Origin: Takakia lepidozioides | Taxonomy: Eukaryota > Plantae > Bryophyta | NCBI GenBank assembly: GCA_030704615.1 | Contig: CM060734.1 | Coordinates: forward strand, 61,938,001 to 62,002,000 | DNA: 64,000 nt | Reading direction: 5' to 3' | Part shown: positions 50,589 to 64,000 of the stretch, piece by piece | Position numbering within the stretch: position 1 is the first letter of the stretch | Layout: each line of letters begins with the position of its first letter | Position numbers and translations under genes: made by a program | Notes under the pieces: model-generated | The model's input: the letters and a program-made list of their open reading frames with translations, nothing else | Told to the model about the DNA's origin: nothing | Databases searched by the model: none

Positions 50589-53522
50589 TTAGCACATTTG
50601 TGGAGCAAATCCTATTTTAAGCAGAGACAAATCAAACACAACTCCTGTCTGTTGTTGTTGCCAAGCGCCAATATTACTCAATATTCCGTCACTATGGCAG
50701 CTGAAAGCAAAACAGATTTCTGTAAATGCTTCGTATTCCTCAATATACAAAAATTGATTTGTATCTAAATCCCAGTTCAATTCCACTGCTTCATCGTCCT
50801 TAAACACAAATCTCACAGTCGGAAAGGCGGGAGGTCGTTCGTCAGGTCTCACACCCCAACACGTGTCAAAATAAGTGTATGCTTCTTGGCCATCGTGAGG
50901 TGGCATTTGAGGCCCATTAGGCAATTGTGCCGCTTCAGCAATAAATGTATCCCTAAGTGCTGTATATGCATCTGTAGGGAGGATTGTGTATGGATTGCCA
51001 CTGTCGATTATCACACCTCCTTGACCGTATTCGTCGATGTCAAAGATGCCAGAAGGCATAGGAACTACTTGGCCACCCACCTGAATTTCCGCAAGAGGAA
51101 CATAGTATGCATGTATGGTCAAAACCCCATTTTGAGGCATGTTCACAAATTGGGCGCCGGGAACTGCAATGGATTGTGCAAAAGATTTTGTTAAGATATC
51201 GTCTATATGTTACAAAACATAATTATGGCCATAAAAGGAATACAAGTCAAAATCCTAATGTGGAATGTCTCTTTTTCCATACTTTTCATGACAAAAATGT
51301 GACTCGTAATATATTTGTGAGATTGAAAAAAAAAAACTCTTGTTAAATCAATCTTAACAGTTGATGTCCTTTCACCGGGTGACTGTTGCCTTTAGTTTGG
51401 AGGGTTGATGTCTTCTAACGGCCGAAACCGAGGTAGTGCAATTGCACCCCCCTCCCTAGTTAGGACTCAAAAAATCCCCACGTACCCCCCCATTACGGTT
51501 TCTACAGGTTGATCTGGGTACCCCTTTTGCAGCTAAATTGGCCACAATATGTGATATACCTATGTGGATCTGAATCCATGACCACTTGTAAAGATGGAAT
51601 GGTGCCCCTACACTTTGGACCATGATCTGTTGATTGATGCTTGTTTCAAATAGATACTTAAAGGAAATGTAAAATTTATGTATATAGTATTCATGATCTT
51701 CACAACAATTCAGCAACCTCACAAGAGGAGAAATTGAACGTACATGCGACTGTGGAGGAGGCACCAAAGATCAACAACCCATCGTTTGGACTTTGGGCTT
51801 GTGGCAAACAATAGGAGAATTGATTGGCGATTTGTGTATTACGGGCGATTTGGCTTGACATGGAGAACTCAGATCTCCCTCCACCTCCAAGGCCCAAGAT
51901 GCCGGCGGCCATCGGCATCATCTGTCCTGTTTGTTGTTCTGCTAGTCCAATCATAATATCTGCAGAATAAACAACAATACAAATATATCAAGTGAAGAAT
52001 ACTAGGAATAATGTAAGGACTTAATGCATACGTGTGATTGTCTGACATGACACTAAGTCAATTTCTAGCGTATCAAATCTTCTCTATCTGCTCTCGAGAG
52101 TGACATTGAACTGAAGCTAGGATAACAGTCAACTTGGTACACAAAAGGGAATGATAACGTGACCTTGAAAAGAGTGTAACTCCCACTCTCCTTCCACTTG
52201 CTCCCACTTGGCTTCGCAATTGGACTAAGTCCAAATTTTGCTAAGTATACAATGCACTAAGATGAGCTACGCAAGACATAGGGGTTTGACACCATCCCAC
52301 TGCAACTTCCACCGCCATTACCTTACCAAATATAGGCTACTCACCATCATGTACCAATCTCTTGCATTCTAAAGTATTTAATAGTGAACTCCAGGTAAGT
52401 GGGGGTGAGGAGGATTTGTAAGGGGGTCTGCTGGAAGAGCCGACATTGCTACATCCGGCGAATGGACGGTCAGATCGCTTATGTACATTAAGTTCTTGCA
52501 TTAAAATTCCTATTGTTTTCCATATCAATTTGATCATTCTAACTATGGGTAAAAATCTCATATGCCCAAAAGCATTTCAAAACAAGAAGAGTCATCAAAC
52601 ATGTATACTTGGAATGGTGGTTTGTTCTGATCCAGTGTCATAATTTTTCAATTGAATGACCTCCGTAGCAAGTCGACCAATGCTTAATGTATTAGCGGGT
52701 TCCTCATATGAAATTTTGTATCGACAATAGTCTTCGGGCGGATCACAGCTGTACCAAGCCTCAATCGACATTAACATCTCACATTGGTTTTCCGGGCATA
52801 AAACATTTTTTGAAGTAGGCGAGTCCGAAGGTACATAATGAGTTGAGTCTTGTGGTTGACAAAGCTGGACAACCAAAACAAAATGTTAATCAATGCGATG
52901 ATATTTGTCTTTATGATCTTTGAAAAAAATGTGTACACTCACATCAAAACATATTTCTTCTCTACTTCATGTCAAACATGATGTGTCTTCCTAAAATGTT
53001 GAATGAGACAGGTGTACTCACATCACATGGCCAGGCTTGTATCCAAGTGAAATCGCTGCCGGTGTCTAGGATGAGAAGTTGGGAGACACTGCCTGGATCG
53101 CTGCCCACAATAAAGGTTGCAAAATACTCTAAATCTGAGTCGAATTCATAACGTGAAGGCTTGACCGTGGTAAACACATTTTGTTTTAGGTTCCGACCAC
53201 GAGACTTGTTGCCCATAGAAGGGCCCAACGCTGCGGCGTTGTGGCGAGCCCTCCTAGCCGCACGCACGCACGCCTCATCGTCTCTGCGGCAATGAGCGGG
53301 CCTCAAAGGGGAGTGGGGCGAGTCGACGTGGGTGAGTGCAAGGGACCAACCATGTTGGGTGGCATTGATCTCATCCAACTGTGTGGATACGTCTAAAGTG
53401 TTCAGCACAAATGTGTCTCTCGTTCCATGGCTATAGTTGTTGGTGGCGCCCAATGAGTTGACTTGTAGTAATTTGAGAAGAAAGAGACAGCTCATGAAAA
53501 GCGCATACGGCTGAAACTCCAT
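50589..53522 (-). CDS. Secreted A1-family (nepenthesin/CDR1-like) aspartic protease, 4 exons, 528 aa
   Basis: Phase-consistent GT-AG exons: 53522-53022, 52864-52609, 51959-51744, 51202-50589. Signal peptide, LTHVDSPHSP prosegment, LDTGSDFTW, AGILGLGGG, FSYCL, IIDSGN and IGAWQQQ...FDL...IGFAPQMC. Confidence 0.93.
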
Positions 53523-56500
53523 TGCTCTATTTGCTAAGGGTGCCAAAATCTATTTATACTTGGACAAGCAGCTTGGTAGTTTAGTAGACTAGGCCTAATG
53601 CCCAAGCCTAGGAGCCATCATCCCTACCTATGGATTTTCTTCCACGAGTGACGACATTATACTGTTTCCAACGTAAAAAAGAAAACTCAATTTTAACTAA
53701 TTCTGGACTTGAGATGAGTCCAAAAATAAGAATAAGTGAATAAATAAATCATGTATTAAATCCAAAAATAATTTGTATTCCACTAAAAATACGTTAGTGC
53801 CACTCCATTTTATCATATAATATACTTTGCGGAGAGAAATGTCTGTAGACGTTCGACAAATGGAAAAACTTTGACTCTAATGTGATGTTTACAAAGTGAA
53901 ATAAAGAAAGAATATAGACTTCAACCACATCTATAGGGCCCACCCTCGAAAGAGGGCAAAGGCCACAAGGCGAAGTGGCTCTTAGTTACGCCGGCCTCAG
54001 CCTGCGTCTTCTCTCTCTTCAACCACATCGCGTAGAGCTTAAAGTCCAAAACTAACAAAAAGTGGGAACAAACATTAAAATTAGAGAGTTTCATTCACAG
54101 TTCAAATCATCCAAAAGAAATGACAAATCAAACTTGCACATGGATGAGAACAGATCATTTTATTTTAGAATGTCATTGAATGGACAATGATATTCACTGT
54201 TAAGTACAACTCACATTGATATGTAAGTCAAACTGTGCAAATACATACTAAAGAACTTCCGATTTCTACAACAAATTATCCCCATGCCTTGCCATAGCCA
54301 TAAACAATACTATAACTGTTAAGAACTAACATCATCGAATGCATATTCTAGACTTGAGAAGTTGTCACGAATGATGATTCCTTTCCCCAACGACTTGTAT
54401 TCAGGGGATGAGTTTGAAGATGCCTCTGGTTGCCCCATCCGATTCTAGCTTGACTTTCTGTACCAGAAGAGAATGATCTATTTTCGGGTCGAATAGATTA
54501 TGAGAATCGATGCTAGAACGTGTGGTTGACGAAGTTGAAGATCTTGAACCAGTCCGATCTTGAACCATTCCGATGAATGTTGCTTTCTCTTGCCAGAGTC
54601 CTCAACCCATACTCATAAGTCACTGGAAAATATCCAAGCCCACAAACCCAATCAGAAACAGCCAGTTAATGGAGACATTCTCATAACTAATATAAAAAAC
54701 AATACATACTTTAAAAAGTGCATGTAACCATTCAATATTTATTTAACGTTGATATGAATAACGAAGTACATACCAAGATAATCAGGCTGATTTGTCCGCG
54801 GATGGAAAATAGAAAGATCTAAATATCGTCCATATCAAGACCATAGTAGTTGATCCTGATCTATCGCCACGCGAGATGCTTTTGCAAAGCTCTCACTCAC
54901 GTACTCAACAATACTGGATACTCCTATCATGTTTGAGATGAATGGCCATACTGCATCATTTGTGGTGTGAAAGAAGGGGCTAAAATACTCTCTCTTGACC
55001 TTTACATTAATTTGTCAGAGTAGTTATTATCCCACCCATGCCACAACGGAAGGGAAGACATAGGCAGGATTATCCATACACAGAAACTTTGTGGCACCGC
55101 ATGTGATTACGCATGCCGCCCAAGGCTCATCGTAACCTTCACAAATACTCCCTTGGAAATGGTACAGCTTGTGGGAAGCCGTCACTCACTAGTGTTCATG
55201 GCCTCCTGTTCACAATCAGCCGAGTTGAGATACAGTCATGCCTATCCGGCTCTCTCTCATTTTCTCTCTCACTGTCTCATTTTTATCTCTCAAGTCCAAG
55301 GGCCAGAATCCATTAACTCTGTGGAACATTGTGCTCAAGTACCACGCTAAATATTATATCACTGGATTCAGCTCAGCAAAGCTGCCATTTGTACGTGCAC
55401 CCCAATCTCTCCAATGCAACGATGGTCCCTCAATGCAACATAACACTAGGTGACTACACAATATGCATCTTGAACTCACAGCCATGATTTCCAGAGATGC
55501 ACACCACCCACTAAACCATAGAAAAAGCTCTCGCCCTAAATGCTAAATTTGTTGCAGCATAACTATGACGAATGCACTCTATGCTTGTCAATTCTACAAA
55601 TGCATGATGCAAATCAGTGCCTAAAGTGGCTGGACAGAGTAGTAACCAGAATCAGTGGTCTCTCACCATTCATGAGGTTCAAATCTCCTTCACAAAGTCA
55701 TCCCCACCACACCCTACTGCCTTTTGTTGCAATCAGATTACTTTCCAAAGCTGGGTAAAAGCATGCACATCCTGCCGTTGTTGTTATACATTCAACCATC
55801 TAAGATTGGATGTTTTGATCATACATTTTTTTTGGCATTAAATATTTTTGTACATACATCATTTGTGGAGGGTTGTTATGATGTAAGAGAAGTATCGTTT
55901 TAAAATATATAGATTTGGTTCTATATCACTGATGTATTCTTGTTCATTCTATTTTGTCGCGTGCTTAACTTTTTGATCTAAGCCCTAGTGAAAGTTAGGC
56001 TCCAATGAATATTATGACTTGAGTTTTTTTGTTCAAGTATCCTATATGGTATTACTTTGTACACAATTTATATAATATAAAAATATAATATATTATATTA
56101 GAAATAAAAAGATTGATGTTGAAAATGATATAAAATTGAAATGGCATTAGAACTACATGATTTTATTATTATTTTATAACTATTTCAAAGATACAAATAT
56201 AGTTAAGAACATACTCTAATGCCCTATGTTAATGGGCTTATTTAAATAATATTTTATTCATGGGATTGGATAGTTGAGCTTTGCTTCATTATTGAGTAGT
56301 ATAATTTTAATGGGAAATAGTGTAGATTATTATTTCTTATAGTCTTTTTTTATGCACCGTCACTAAAGGGGATGAACGCAATTCTAATCCATGCTCACAT
56401 CACCATAGGATGGAAAAAACAAACAAATTCCATTAGAGAAATTTGTGGGTTTTGAGGCCCAAACAAGTAGTGTATTTAAGCACGATAAGTGCAACTCCAG

Positions 56501-57320
56501 TACAAATTAAAATACAAATAGGCACATTCAGGAAGGGAGTGAGTGTGGGAGATGTGCAAATTGGATGCTATAAATGCCACAAATTTCATTCGTCAAATTT
56601 CATCCTGAACTTTATCAATGAATGGAATTACCAGGTGTTCTGCGATCATTTGATTATCTGACAACCAAGCATTCCCCTCGATCTTCACGGAGTGTTACAC
56701 TTGGGTTTTTTTTTATGGCGTGCTAGTTTCTCGGTTCCTCGAGTCTCCTGTTTCTCGGTTTAGGGTTTTGGGGTGAGTGTGTTTGAGATACATGTACCCA
56801 CTGTGAAATAATATGAGAAATGGAGCCTTTATTGCTGACTAGTAATCCACCCTAACAATTCTAGCTGGAATTAGGCACCTGCAACCATAAGAGAGAGAAC
56901 AGTCAGTAAGTCTCTATGGTGAGTGTACCCAGGACAATAAATCAAAAAATGAATATTATCTTCAGGATGCGCATATAATACACATTTGCAATCCCGTTTT
57001 TCTCTCTGCATCTGTTTGCCATTCAAAGGTAGGCTTCCCGCTCTAAGTTCCTGCTCAACTCCAAGACATCCAAGAAAAAGACGAAGGCGGGTTTACCGTC
57101 ATATTCCCTTCCCTTAATAAACTAGCTTAGAGTGAAGATATGATCCACACAGCCCCTGTGTCTCCGCAAGTCAGCTTGGCCAAGAACCTCTAGACTCTAT
57201 AGTGTAACTACCAGAGGTGAATTTGTCAAGGTTTTAATTTTTTTTTTTGGCTGTGTCTATATACGTGTCCGACTAAGTGTTACGACATGTAGCTGAGTGT
57301 TTACTTATAAAGCATATATA

Positions 57321-57462
57321 TTGGACAAGTAACAATGCACCTTGTCAATGTGATTAGCTGTTGGGAGGGTTGGCCAAAGACCTTCTTTACACTGCGCAGT
57401 GGGACTAGTACGTAGTGTAGGTCTCCTTACTTGGTTCTATTGTGAAAAGGTGACCTGAGAGA
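57321..57462 (+). repeat. Diverged direct repeat of 60738-60872
   Basis: TTGGACAAGTAACAATGCACC...GTGACCTGAGAGA occurs at both sites, with several substitutions and a 7-bp indel. Confidence 0.92.
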
Positions 57463-60400
57463 AATTTCTCACATACTTTCGGTAATAGGAGGCGAGTTCT
57501 AGGAAGGATCGCACCCCCGAGACCGAAGTCGGAGGCTCCCAGTCCAAGATCGCCCTCATATTTCTGTCATCCATTTTGATCCTATCATGTGTAATCACAT
57601 GCCCCAGGAACTCCACTTTTGTGACCCCGAATTCGCACTTTGAAGCTTTGGCATACAGCTTCCCTTCCCGCAATTTCTGGAACACCATTTTGAGGTGCTT
57701 CATGTGCTCTTCCTTTGTTTTCGAGTACACCAAGATGTCGTCGATGTACACGATCACAAAGTCATCCAACCATTCCTGGAAAATGTTGTTCATTAGCGTG
57801 CCAAAGGTCGCGGGTGCGTTGGTGAGCCCAAAAGGCATCACCAAGAACTCATATGAACCATATCTTGTCCTGCACGCGGTCTTCTCCTCATCTCCTTCCG
57901 CCACTCGGATTTGATGGTAGCCGGAGCGCAAATCGATCCGGCTGAAATACTTCGCTCTTGCCAATCGATCAAAGAGGTCGTCGATCCTTGACAAATGGTA
58001 CCGGTTCTTGATAGTCACCTTATTTAGAGCCCTGTAATCGACACACATCCGCAGCGTCCCATCCTTCTTGTCTGCGAATAGCACCGGGGCTCTGTAAGGT
58101 GACTTATTCGGCCGGATGTACCCCTTTGACATTAGATCCTTGAGCTGAGTCTTCAGCTCGACCAACTCCCTGTGGCTCAACTGGTAGGGCGCCTTGGCAG
58201 GCGGCTCCGATCCCGGTATCACCTCAATCTTGTGGTCAACTCCTCTTCGCGGTAGCAAGCCGCTTGGTAAATCCTCCGGCATCACATCCTGGTATTTCTC
58301 CAAGATCCCCTTGATCCAATCTGGGCTCGGCTCCCTATCGCCTTCTCCCTCCACTTGTCTTACGTAAAGCAAGAACTGGGTCTCGTGTGGCTCCTCCCCA
58401 GCCCACTCCTTTGCTGACAGCAGGTTTATTCGCCCTCCCACTGGGTTGGGCGTTTCTGACATTCGTAAAATTTTGCTACCATTCCCACACGGTAGCGCGA
58501 CTACTCTCTTGCGGCCATCTATGACCGCTCCTGATTTGCTCAAAAAGGTCATCCCCAAAATGAAATCCACTCCATCGATCTCGCAAATGGTGAAGTTCTC
58601 ACATCCCTCCCAACTCCCCAACTGTAGAGGAACATCAAACGCCAATCTCGTTGCCAGTTGTGGTTCTCCTTTGGCAAAACGCACTTCAATAGAGGCCCCC
58701 ACGTCACTTGTCGGGAGCCCCAGCTTCCGTGCCGTTGCCGGTGTCATGAAGGAGTGCGACGCTCCTGTGTCCACCAACAACGACACGTTAGTTCCGGAAA
58801 TTATCCCACTCATGAACATTAACTGACTCCCTTTACGCAAGGGGTCAGTCTCATTATACAACTCCAAGAGTACTTGCCTACCTTGCAAGTCTTGGCGACC
58901 ACCGCCTGCACCAAGCGGCTAATGGAATCTTTGGACAGCTCCGTGGTTGCCCGAATCATGTTCAGTTGTCGGGGTTTCATGCACTTCTTCGCCATGTGCC
59001 CGGGCTCCCCGCAATTAAAACACACTCCATCGAAGGTCCGCCATAAGCCGCCGCACCTGATTTTCCTTTCGGAGCACCAGGTGTCGCCTTGACGTGTGAA
59101 GGCATTCCCTTCGATTTCCACGTGCCATTGTCGCCGCGCGGTCTATCCCACTTCTTTTCCGGTCGGAAGGAGTCACCCTCCCGCCGGGTCTTCTTGTGGT
59201 TCAGCTCCGTACGGCCTTGCCTTTCACCCCTGGGGACATCTGAGAAACATTTAGCTCTCTCAATTGCCTCGTTCAAAGTCTTAGGTGACGTCTCCTCCAA
59301 CTTCCGCTTGGCCCATGGCTAGTCCCGCCACAAAGTTGAAGACCATTTTTGGTTCTGCCATGTCCGCAACTTCGAGCAACAACACATTGAAAGCTTGAAC
59401 ATATCCTTGAATGTCATCCGTTTGCTTCAAATTCCTCATTTTGTCCCGACCGAGCCATGACACGTTGAGGGGCACAAATTGTCTCTTCATAAGTTCCTTG
59501 AACCCACTCCAGATCAAGGTTTCTGGGTTTGGACCTTGGTCGTGAAGGCGTTTCTGCCACCATTGTTGAGCATAGCCCCTCAAATAGGTGGGAGCCACTT
59601 CCACCCGATCCTCGTCACTCAACTTGGCCATCCGGAAGTACTGCTCTAGCTCCAAGAGCCAGGTGTTGAGTGCCTTCCGATTTCGGACGCCCTCGAAGGT
59701 GCCGGGTTCCTTAGGCTTCACCTTAAACTTTGCCTTAGTAGAAGTGACATTAGCCGCCTTCAACACATCTTTCAACATCCCGCCAAACTGCGCCAACAAC
59801 CCTTCCCAAAAAGCTGCTGGCATGGGAGGCATCTGTTAAAAGCATGCATCGCCTCCTCAAATTGCCGCTTCGGTGACACGTCGCCCCCATCGGGCTCACC
59901 AGGATCATCGTCTTTCGGGCCGTTCCGCTTTCGCTTTGGCTTGCCCGACCCCATGATGAGGCCGATCCCAAGGACGATTGCGTACTGAACTCTAAGCTCT
60001 AATACCAAGTGTCGCGCACCTCACTTCGGTAAACTCCCCTTCAAGTCATAGTTACTCACTTTGATGCGCGCGCCTAACTCCCAAACTGGCCGCCGGGCCA
60101 ACTCGGAGCTTCGGTTGCTCACCGGGACATAATGGTCCCCCTTTACTCCTCCACGAGACCCTCTCTCAATTTGGGCCAAGTGGAAATTCCCTTTGGTCGA
60201 TGGCAGTCCGGAACAGCTCCCCACACCTTGGTCGCTTTCCGACTTGCACGCTTACTCACTAGTTTTTGGTCACCAACGGGCTTGCACACCGTTCTCGGGG
60301 TTACTACTCCCTATATATACTTCTGTGACTGTCCGCGGGGGTTTCACAAACAACCCTGCCATTTTACATGGCGAACCACCACGAAAACCCTCGATTCCCG

Positions 60401-60737
60401 GTGATGAGTCGCGGTGAGTCTTGGCCCACCCACCACGGCCCCATTGGACCGTGATGAGTCCCAAGACTCCCCACGACTCCCACCACAAGGTTTCCGCCCC
60501 ATGGTGAGTCCTATGCCACTCCCACTAAGACCACTAAGCTACCACCACCCCTCGTGGAACCACCCCCACCGCCACCCGGTATGCGGGGCTCCACCTAGTG
60601 AGCGCCTTCGCCTCCTTGAGTGCCTTGGGCATCCAAGGGTGCTTCAGCCCCCGCATCTATTGTTGCCACTGCCCCCACCACAGGGGCAGCCCCTCTTGTG
60701 TCCTGACCCCCTGCCTTCAAGGCAAAGGGCCGCGACA
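57463..60737 (-). mobile_element. Truncated second copy of the chromovirus family (5' LTR, PBS, gag, PR, RT; RNase H, integrase and 3' LTR lost)
   Basis: LTR at 60010-60737 is homologous to 28284-29015. PBS TGGTATTAGAGC at 59996-60007. ORFs 59281-59832 and 57437-58888 are near-identical in protein to 29273-30136 and 30073-32135. Homology stops at YYRKYVRNF. Confidence 0.95.
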
Positions 60738-61769
60738 TTGGACAAGTAACAATGCACCTTGTCAATGTGATTAGCTGCTGGGATGGTTGGCCAAGGACTT
60801 TCTTTACACTGCGCAGTGGAACTAGTACGCGTCTCCTTACTTGGTTCTATTGTGAAAGGGTGACCTGAGAGACGAAGAGGGGAGAATGTACTCGGAAGAG
60901 TTTGGTTGCCATAGCTGTGTGGGCATAAACCCACACCTAGCTTGGGCAGAATAAATTAAGGGAAGAGGCACTACCTTTGTGAGGGGTTCACTCTAATTGT
61001 AGGACTTAGGGCACTATGAACAATTTGTTCTGGCTTTCCAGATTTCCTCTAACTAGAAAGCCTTTCATACAAGCATGAATCAGATTGTGATTTGCCCAGC
61101 AAGTAGGTTGCAACACTAGGGCAGGCTTTATGGTCACCTTGATCATGATTTTGAAAGTTGGTGATTACAGGTGCCAGGAGTATATTCTTGATGTACCTGA
61201 ATAGTCTCTGATGAGAATACCCAAGACACTGTAGATACAAAAAGTGGATATAGACTGGAAACAATTTTTGCGAAGTTCTCTTCGTAGTACTTTGTTTTGC
61301 TCGAACATTCTTTGAGCTATGAGAGAGAAAGAGAGCGAGTGGTGAGGGGGCAAGGTGTCAAGGAGGTACTTCCTTTGTCCATAGAACCATTTATATCTTG
61401 GTATTATCTAGAGAAATTTGCAAAGATTTGAGGGAGGAACATAGAAGGTCTATTGTGTAGGCAGTGTCACACCACTTACAGTTCAACAGATATTGTATAT
61501 CCTCTCTCTTGTAAGGTGCTTAGTTTTATAGAGGTTTTACAGTAATGTGTTGAGCTAATGTCAATTACTTGGTAACAAGATGTTGTGTTGTAGTGAAGAT
61601 GAGGATCTGATGAGGGCAATAATTGTTGTAGCTCATTCAAGAGGGAGTGTAGCTGGATCATATGGTAGTTGAGTGTTGATCTAGTATGGTTTAGGTGTGC
61701 GTGCAATAGCTTGATGCTCTTACTAGTGGTGAATCAGTAAGACTTTCAATACAATGGTTCTAATATCTA

Positions 61770-62352
61770 TTGTCTGTCAACTATGTTTCCCTTCTTATGA
61801 ATTTGGTCAAGTTGGAGGAGGGGTTTTGGCCTTCGACTCTGTGGAAAGATAACCATGACAGAGATGGGATTAGGGTTAAATGTGAGAGTCAAGAGGAGTC
61901 AGAGGAGGAAGATTACAACCAGCTGGATTCCTATTGTGGGCCAAAGAGTCAGAGACCTAAAGAGCCGATGAACCCATTCAAAGATATTGAAATTGGGAAC
62001 TTGTTCGACCACCAGACATAGAGACATATCCAGTTTGGATGGGTGTGATCATGACAATCTCAGATGTTGCTCATGACCGTTCAGATGAGAGATATCAACA
62101 AGTCCTTCTGGAGTGGTGGAGACCTAAAGGTGTTGAGCGGAGGACGTGGATAAGTATAGAAACTGTTGGGACAAAACTTGGGAGTTCGATGAATCTGATC
62201 CACCAAAGTGGATACATATGAATTATGTGGTGTGGACAATGCGACCTTGGAAGAACACCTCCAAGTGGAGCTCTAGACGTATTGGAAAGGCCGAAGCAGT
62301 TAAAGCGAAAGCAAATCTATATGCTGCGAACGATCAAAATGAGTTTGATTAA
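61770..62352 (+). pseudogene. Fragmented Trp-rich ORF, probably the C-terminus of a DNA-transposon protein
   Basis: Consecutive ORF fragments GFWP...YCGPK...PFKDIEIGN, VLLEWWRPK and YRNCWDKTWEFDESDPPKWI read as one frameshifted protein and are followed by palindromic repeats. The family is not identified. Confidence 0.4.
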
Positions 62353-62369
62353 GATCAGTGTAGAGAGGT

Positions 62370-63917
62370 GCACGGGAGATCTCCCGTGCTAATTTGACGA
62401 CAATATGTGTTAATGTTGATCTTAGTAGTGATTGCCAGGATTTTGTGGGAGATCCTTTGACAATCAGAAGTTAACATTGAATTCTCTGTTTCAACCATTT
62501 GAACCTTTCAATTTCTGAACATCTATATCTCTAGCAATTTGAACCCTGACTGCCTGCATCTCAGTGAAAGTTTAGTTCTGGTTAATTGTATTTTACGCAC
62601 TTAGCACAGGAGATCTCCCGAGCTACAGATACTTGACTATTGCAGACTGATACGATTAATATTCTCATTCACCATAGCGCTCATTGAATAATATAGTTAT
62701 GAGTCCCAATTTGGTTCGTTATTTGATCATGATATGTCGGGGTCCGAATATCGTATTTTCTTCCATAGCGGAATGTCCTTTTATATATCTATTTCAACGG
62801 TGGCCCCTTCTTGGGTGATTGCAAACTAGAGTGAACAAAAAATGGCAGATCATGAGTACATAAAGAGTACATAAATGATGATGTGGCAAATCCTCAACCA
62901 TCGGATTCGCTTCAACTGACAATCTTGATCGTCTATTATTGACTGTTAAAACCAAGATTTTCAAATTGCGATAATATCAATTCACAATTTTTTTTTAAAT
63001 TTGATCATAATCAACCCTGCATTTATGGTGAATGAATGCGTCTAATGAAAAAAAAAATTGTTATTTCAAAGAATTTAGTTATAAAGGACTTTATGAAAAT
63101 AGCTATTTTTTAGGCTCAATATAGTACATAATTTTTTTTAGCTTCATATTTTTGAATGATAGTTTTCATTCCAGATTCTTCATTCTCCAAAGCAAGGTTG
63201 AGAGAGTCCTTTTTCTTGACTTTGTTCTAACTCCTATATTAAAAAAGTCCATAAGGTCTATGATAATTTACCACTATTCTATGTCTGAAAAAAATAGTGC
63301 CGTGACAGCAAAAAATGGACACTGTAGGCTGCAGTCACCCTCTTAATCTAATGTTGTAAGTTGTATCCTCACGATGTTGTTATTGATTTTCAGGTATAAC
63401 ATGAGAGGTCTCCCGTGGTATGTCTCGTTGTTTTTTTAAATTACTTTCTAGATTCTTTTCTGATCTGCGGACAAATAGTTTTTGTTCTGATCTCCAAAAT
63501 TTTAAATTTTTGAATGGCCAGTGGATGGGAATGGTTGTACATTTTTATTTGTTTCCATCTGATGGTTCCACGCATTTCGTATGTCGGACGGCCGATTTTC
63601 CATGGTGGTTGATGGTTTTCTCCCTTACACATAGTGCTTGGTAGATGTTCCGTGCTACAGTGACTTGACTATTTCCGATGATGATTATTATATTTTTCTT
63701 GGAACTCATTGTAGAATATAGTAAGGATTCACACATGTTTTCATTTTCTAAAGATGATGAGGATTTTGTCTGGTCCAAAACCTTCATATTTTCCCTTGCG
63801 GAATGTCGTTCACTACTCCGATTTTAACGGTGACGTCTTATGACGCCGATGTTGGAAATTGTATTTTCGCGATTGTGCTATTGATTTCAATTGTAGCACG
63901 AGAGATCTCCCCTGCTA
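62370..63917. repeat. Four dispersed copies of a 24-bp palindrome, consensus TAGCACGGGAGATCTCCCGTGCTA
   Basis: Copies at 62370-62389, 62602-62625, 63397-63420 and 63894-63917. Confidence 0.8.
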
Positions 63918-64000
63918 TGTCTCGACATCTGTTCGGCATTTCCTGGATTCTTATTTGGTATTCGGAGGGTGACAAATAACTATTGTCTTACCGGACAGTT

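Noticed and set aside
51360-51470. Structured ncRNA in the protease intron (GGCCGAAAC, GTGCAATTGCAC)
   Set aside because: No complete ribozyme, tRNA or snoRNA consensus could be assembled.
57321-57462. Giant target-site duplication
   Set aside because: LTR elements make 4-6-bp TSDs, the copies are diverged and the element end is missing.

Overview
Eukaryotic nuclear DNA from a land plant. The transposon types and the intron-rich aspartic protease suggest a non-seed plant (inference). About two thirds of the window is nested transposons. Three host genes lie on the minus strand: a nuclear group II intron maturase derivative (148-1689, with a probable mitochondrial-targeting first exon at 3540-3685), a long COR27/COR28-family gene (19157-23133) and a 4-exon A1 aspartic protease (50589-53522). 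The mobile elements are: (1) a decayed L1-type LINE (~6650-17676) split by a 3-kb non-autonomous Mutator-like element that carries nine copies of a 28-bp palindrome; (2) an old 5'-truncated non-chromovirus Ty3/gypsy element (from ~27815, possibly to ~50115), interrupted by a young full-length chromovirus (28284-35243) and a hAT transposon (39450-45657); (3) a truncated inverted copy of the same chromovirus (57463-60737); (4) a DNA-transposon-like remnant with a second palindrome family at the right end. The most unusual signal is downstream of the old Ty3/gypsy pol: a long accessory ORF followed by three tightly packed, mutually homologous ~95-codon F-box mini-ORFs (47072-47992). All family assignments come from motif recognition by eye; no database search was run.
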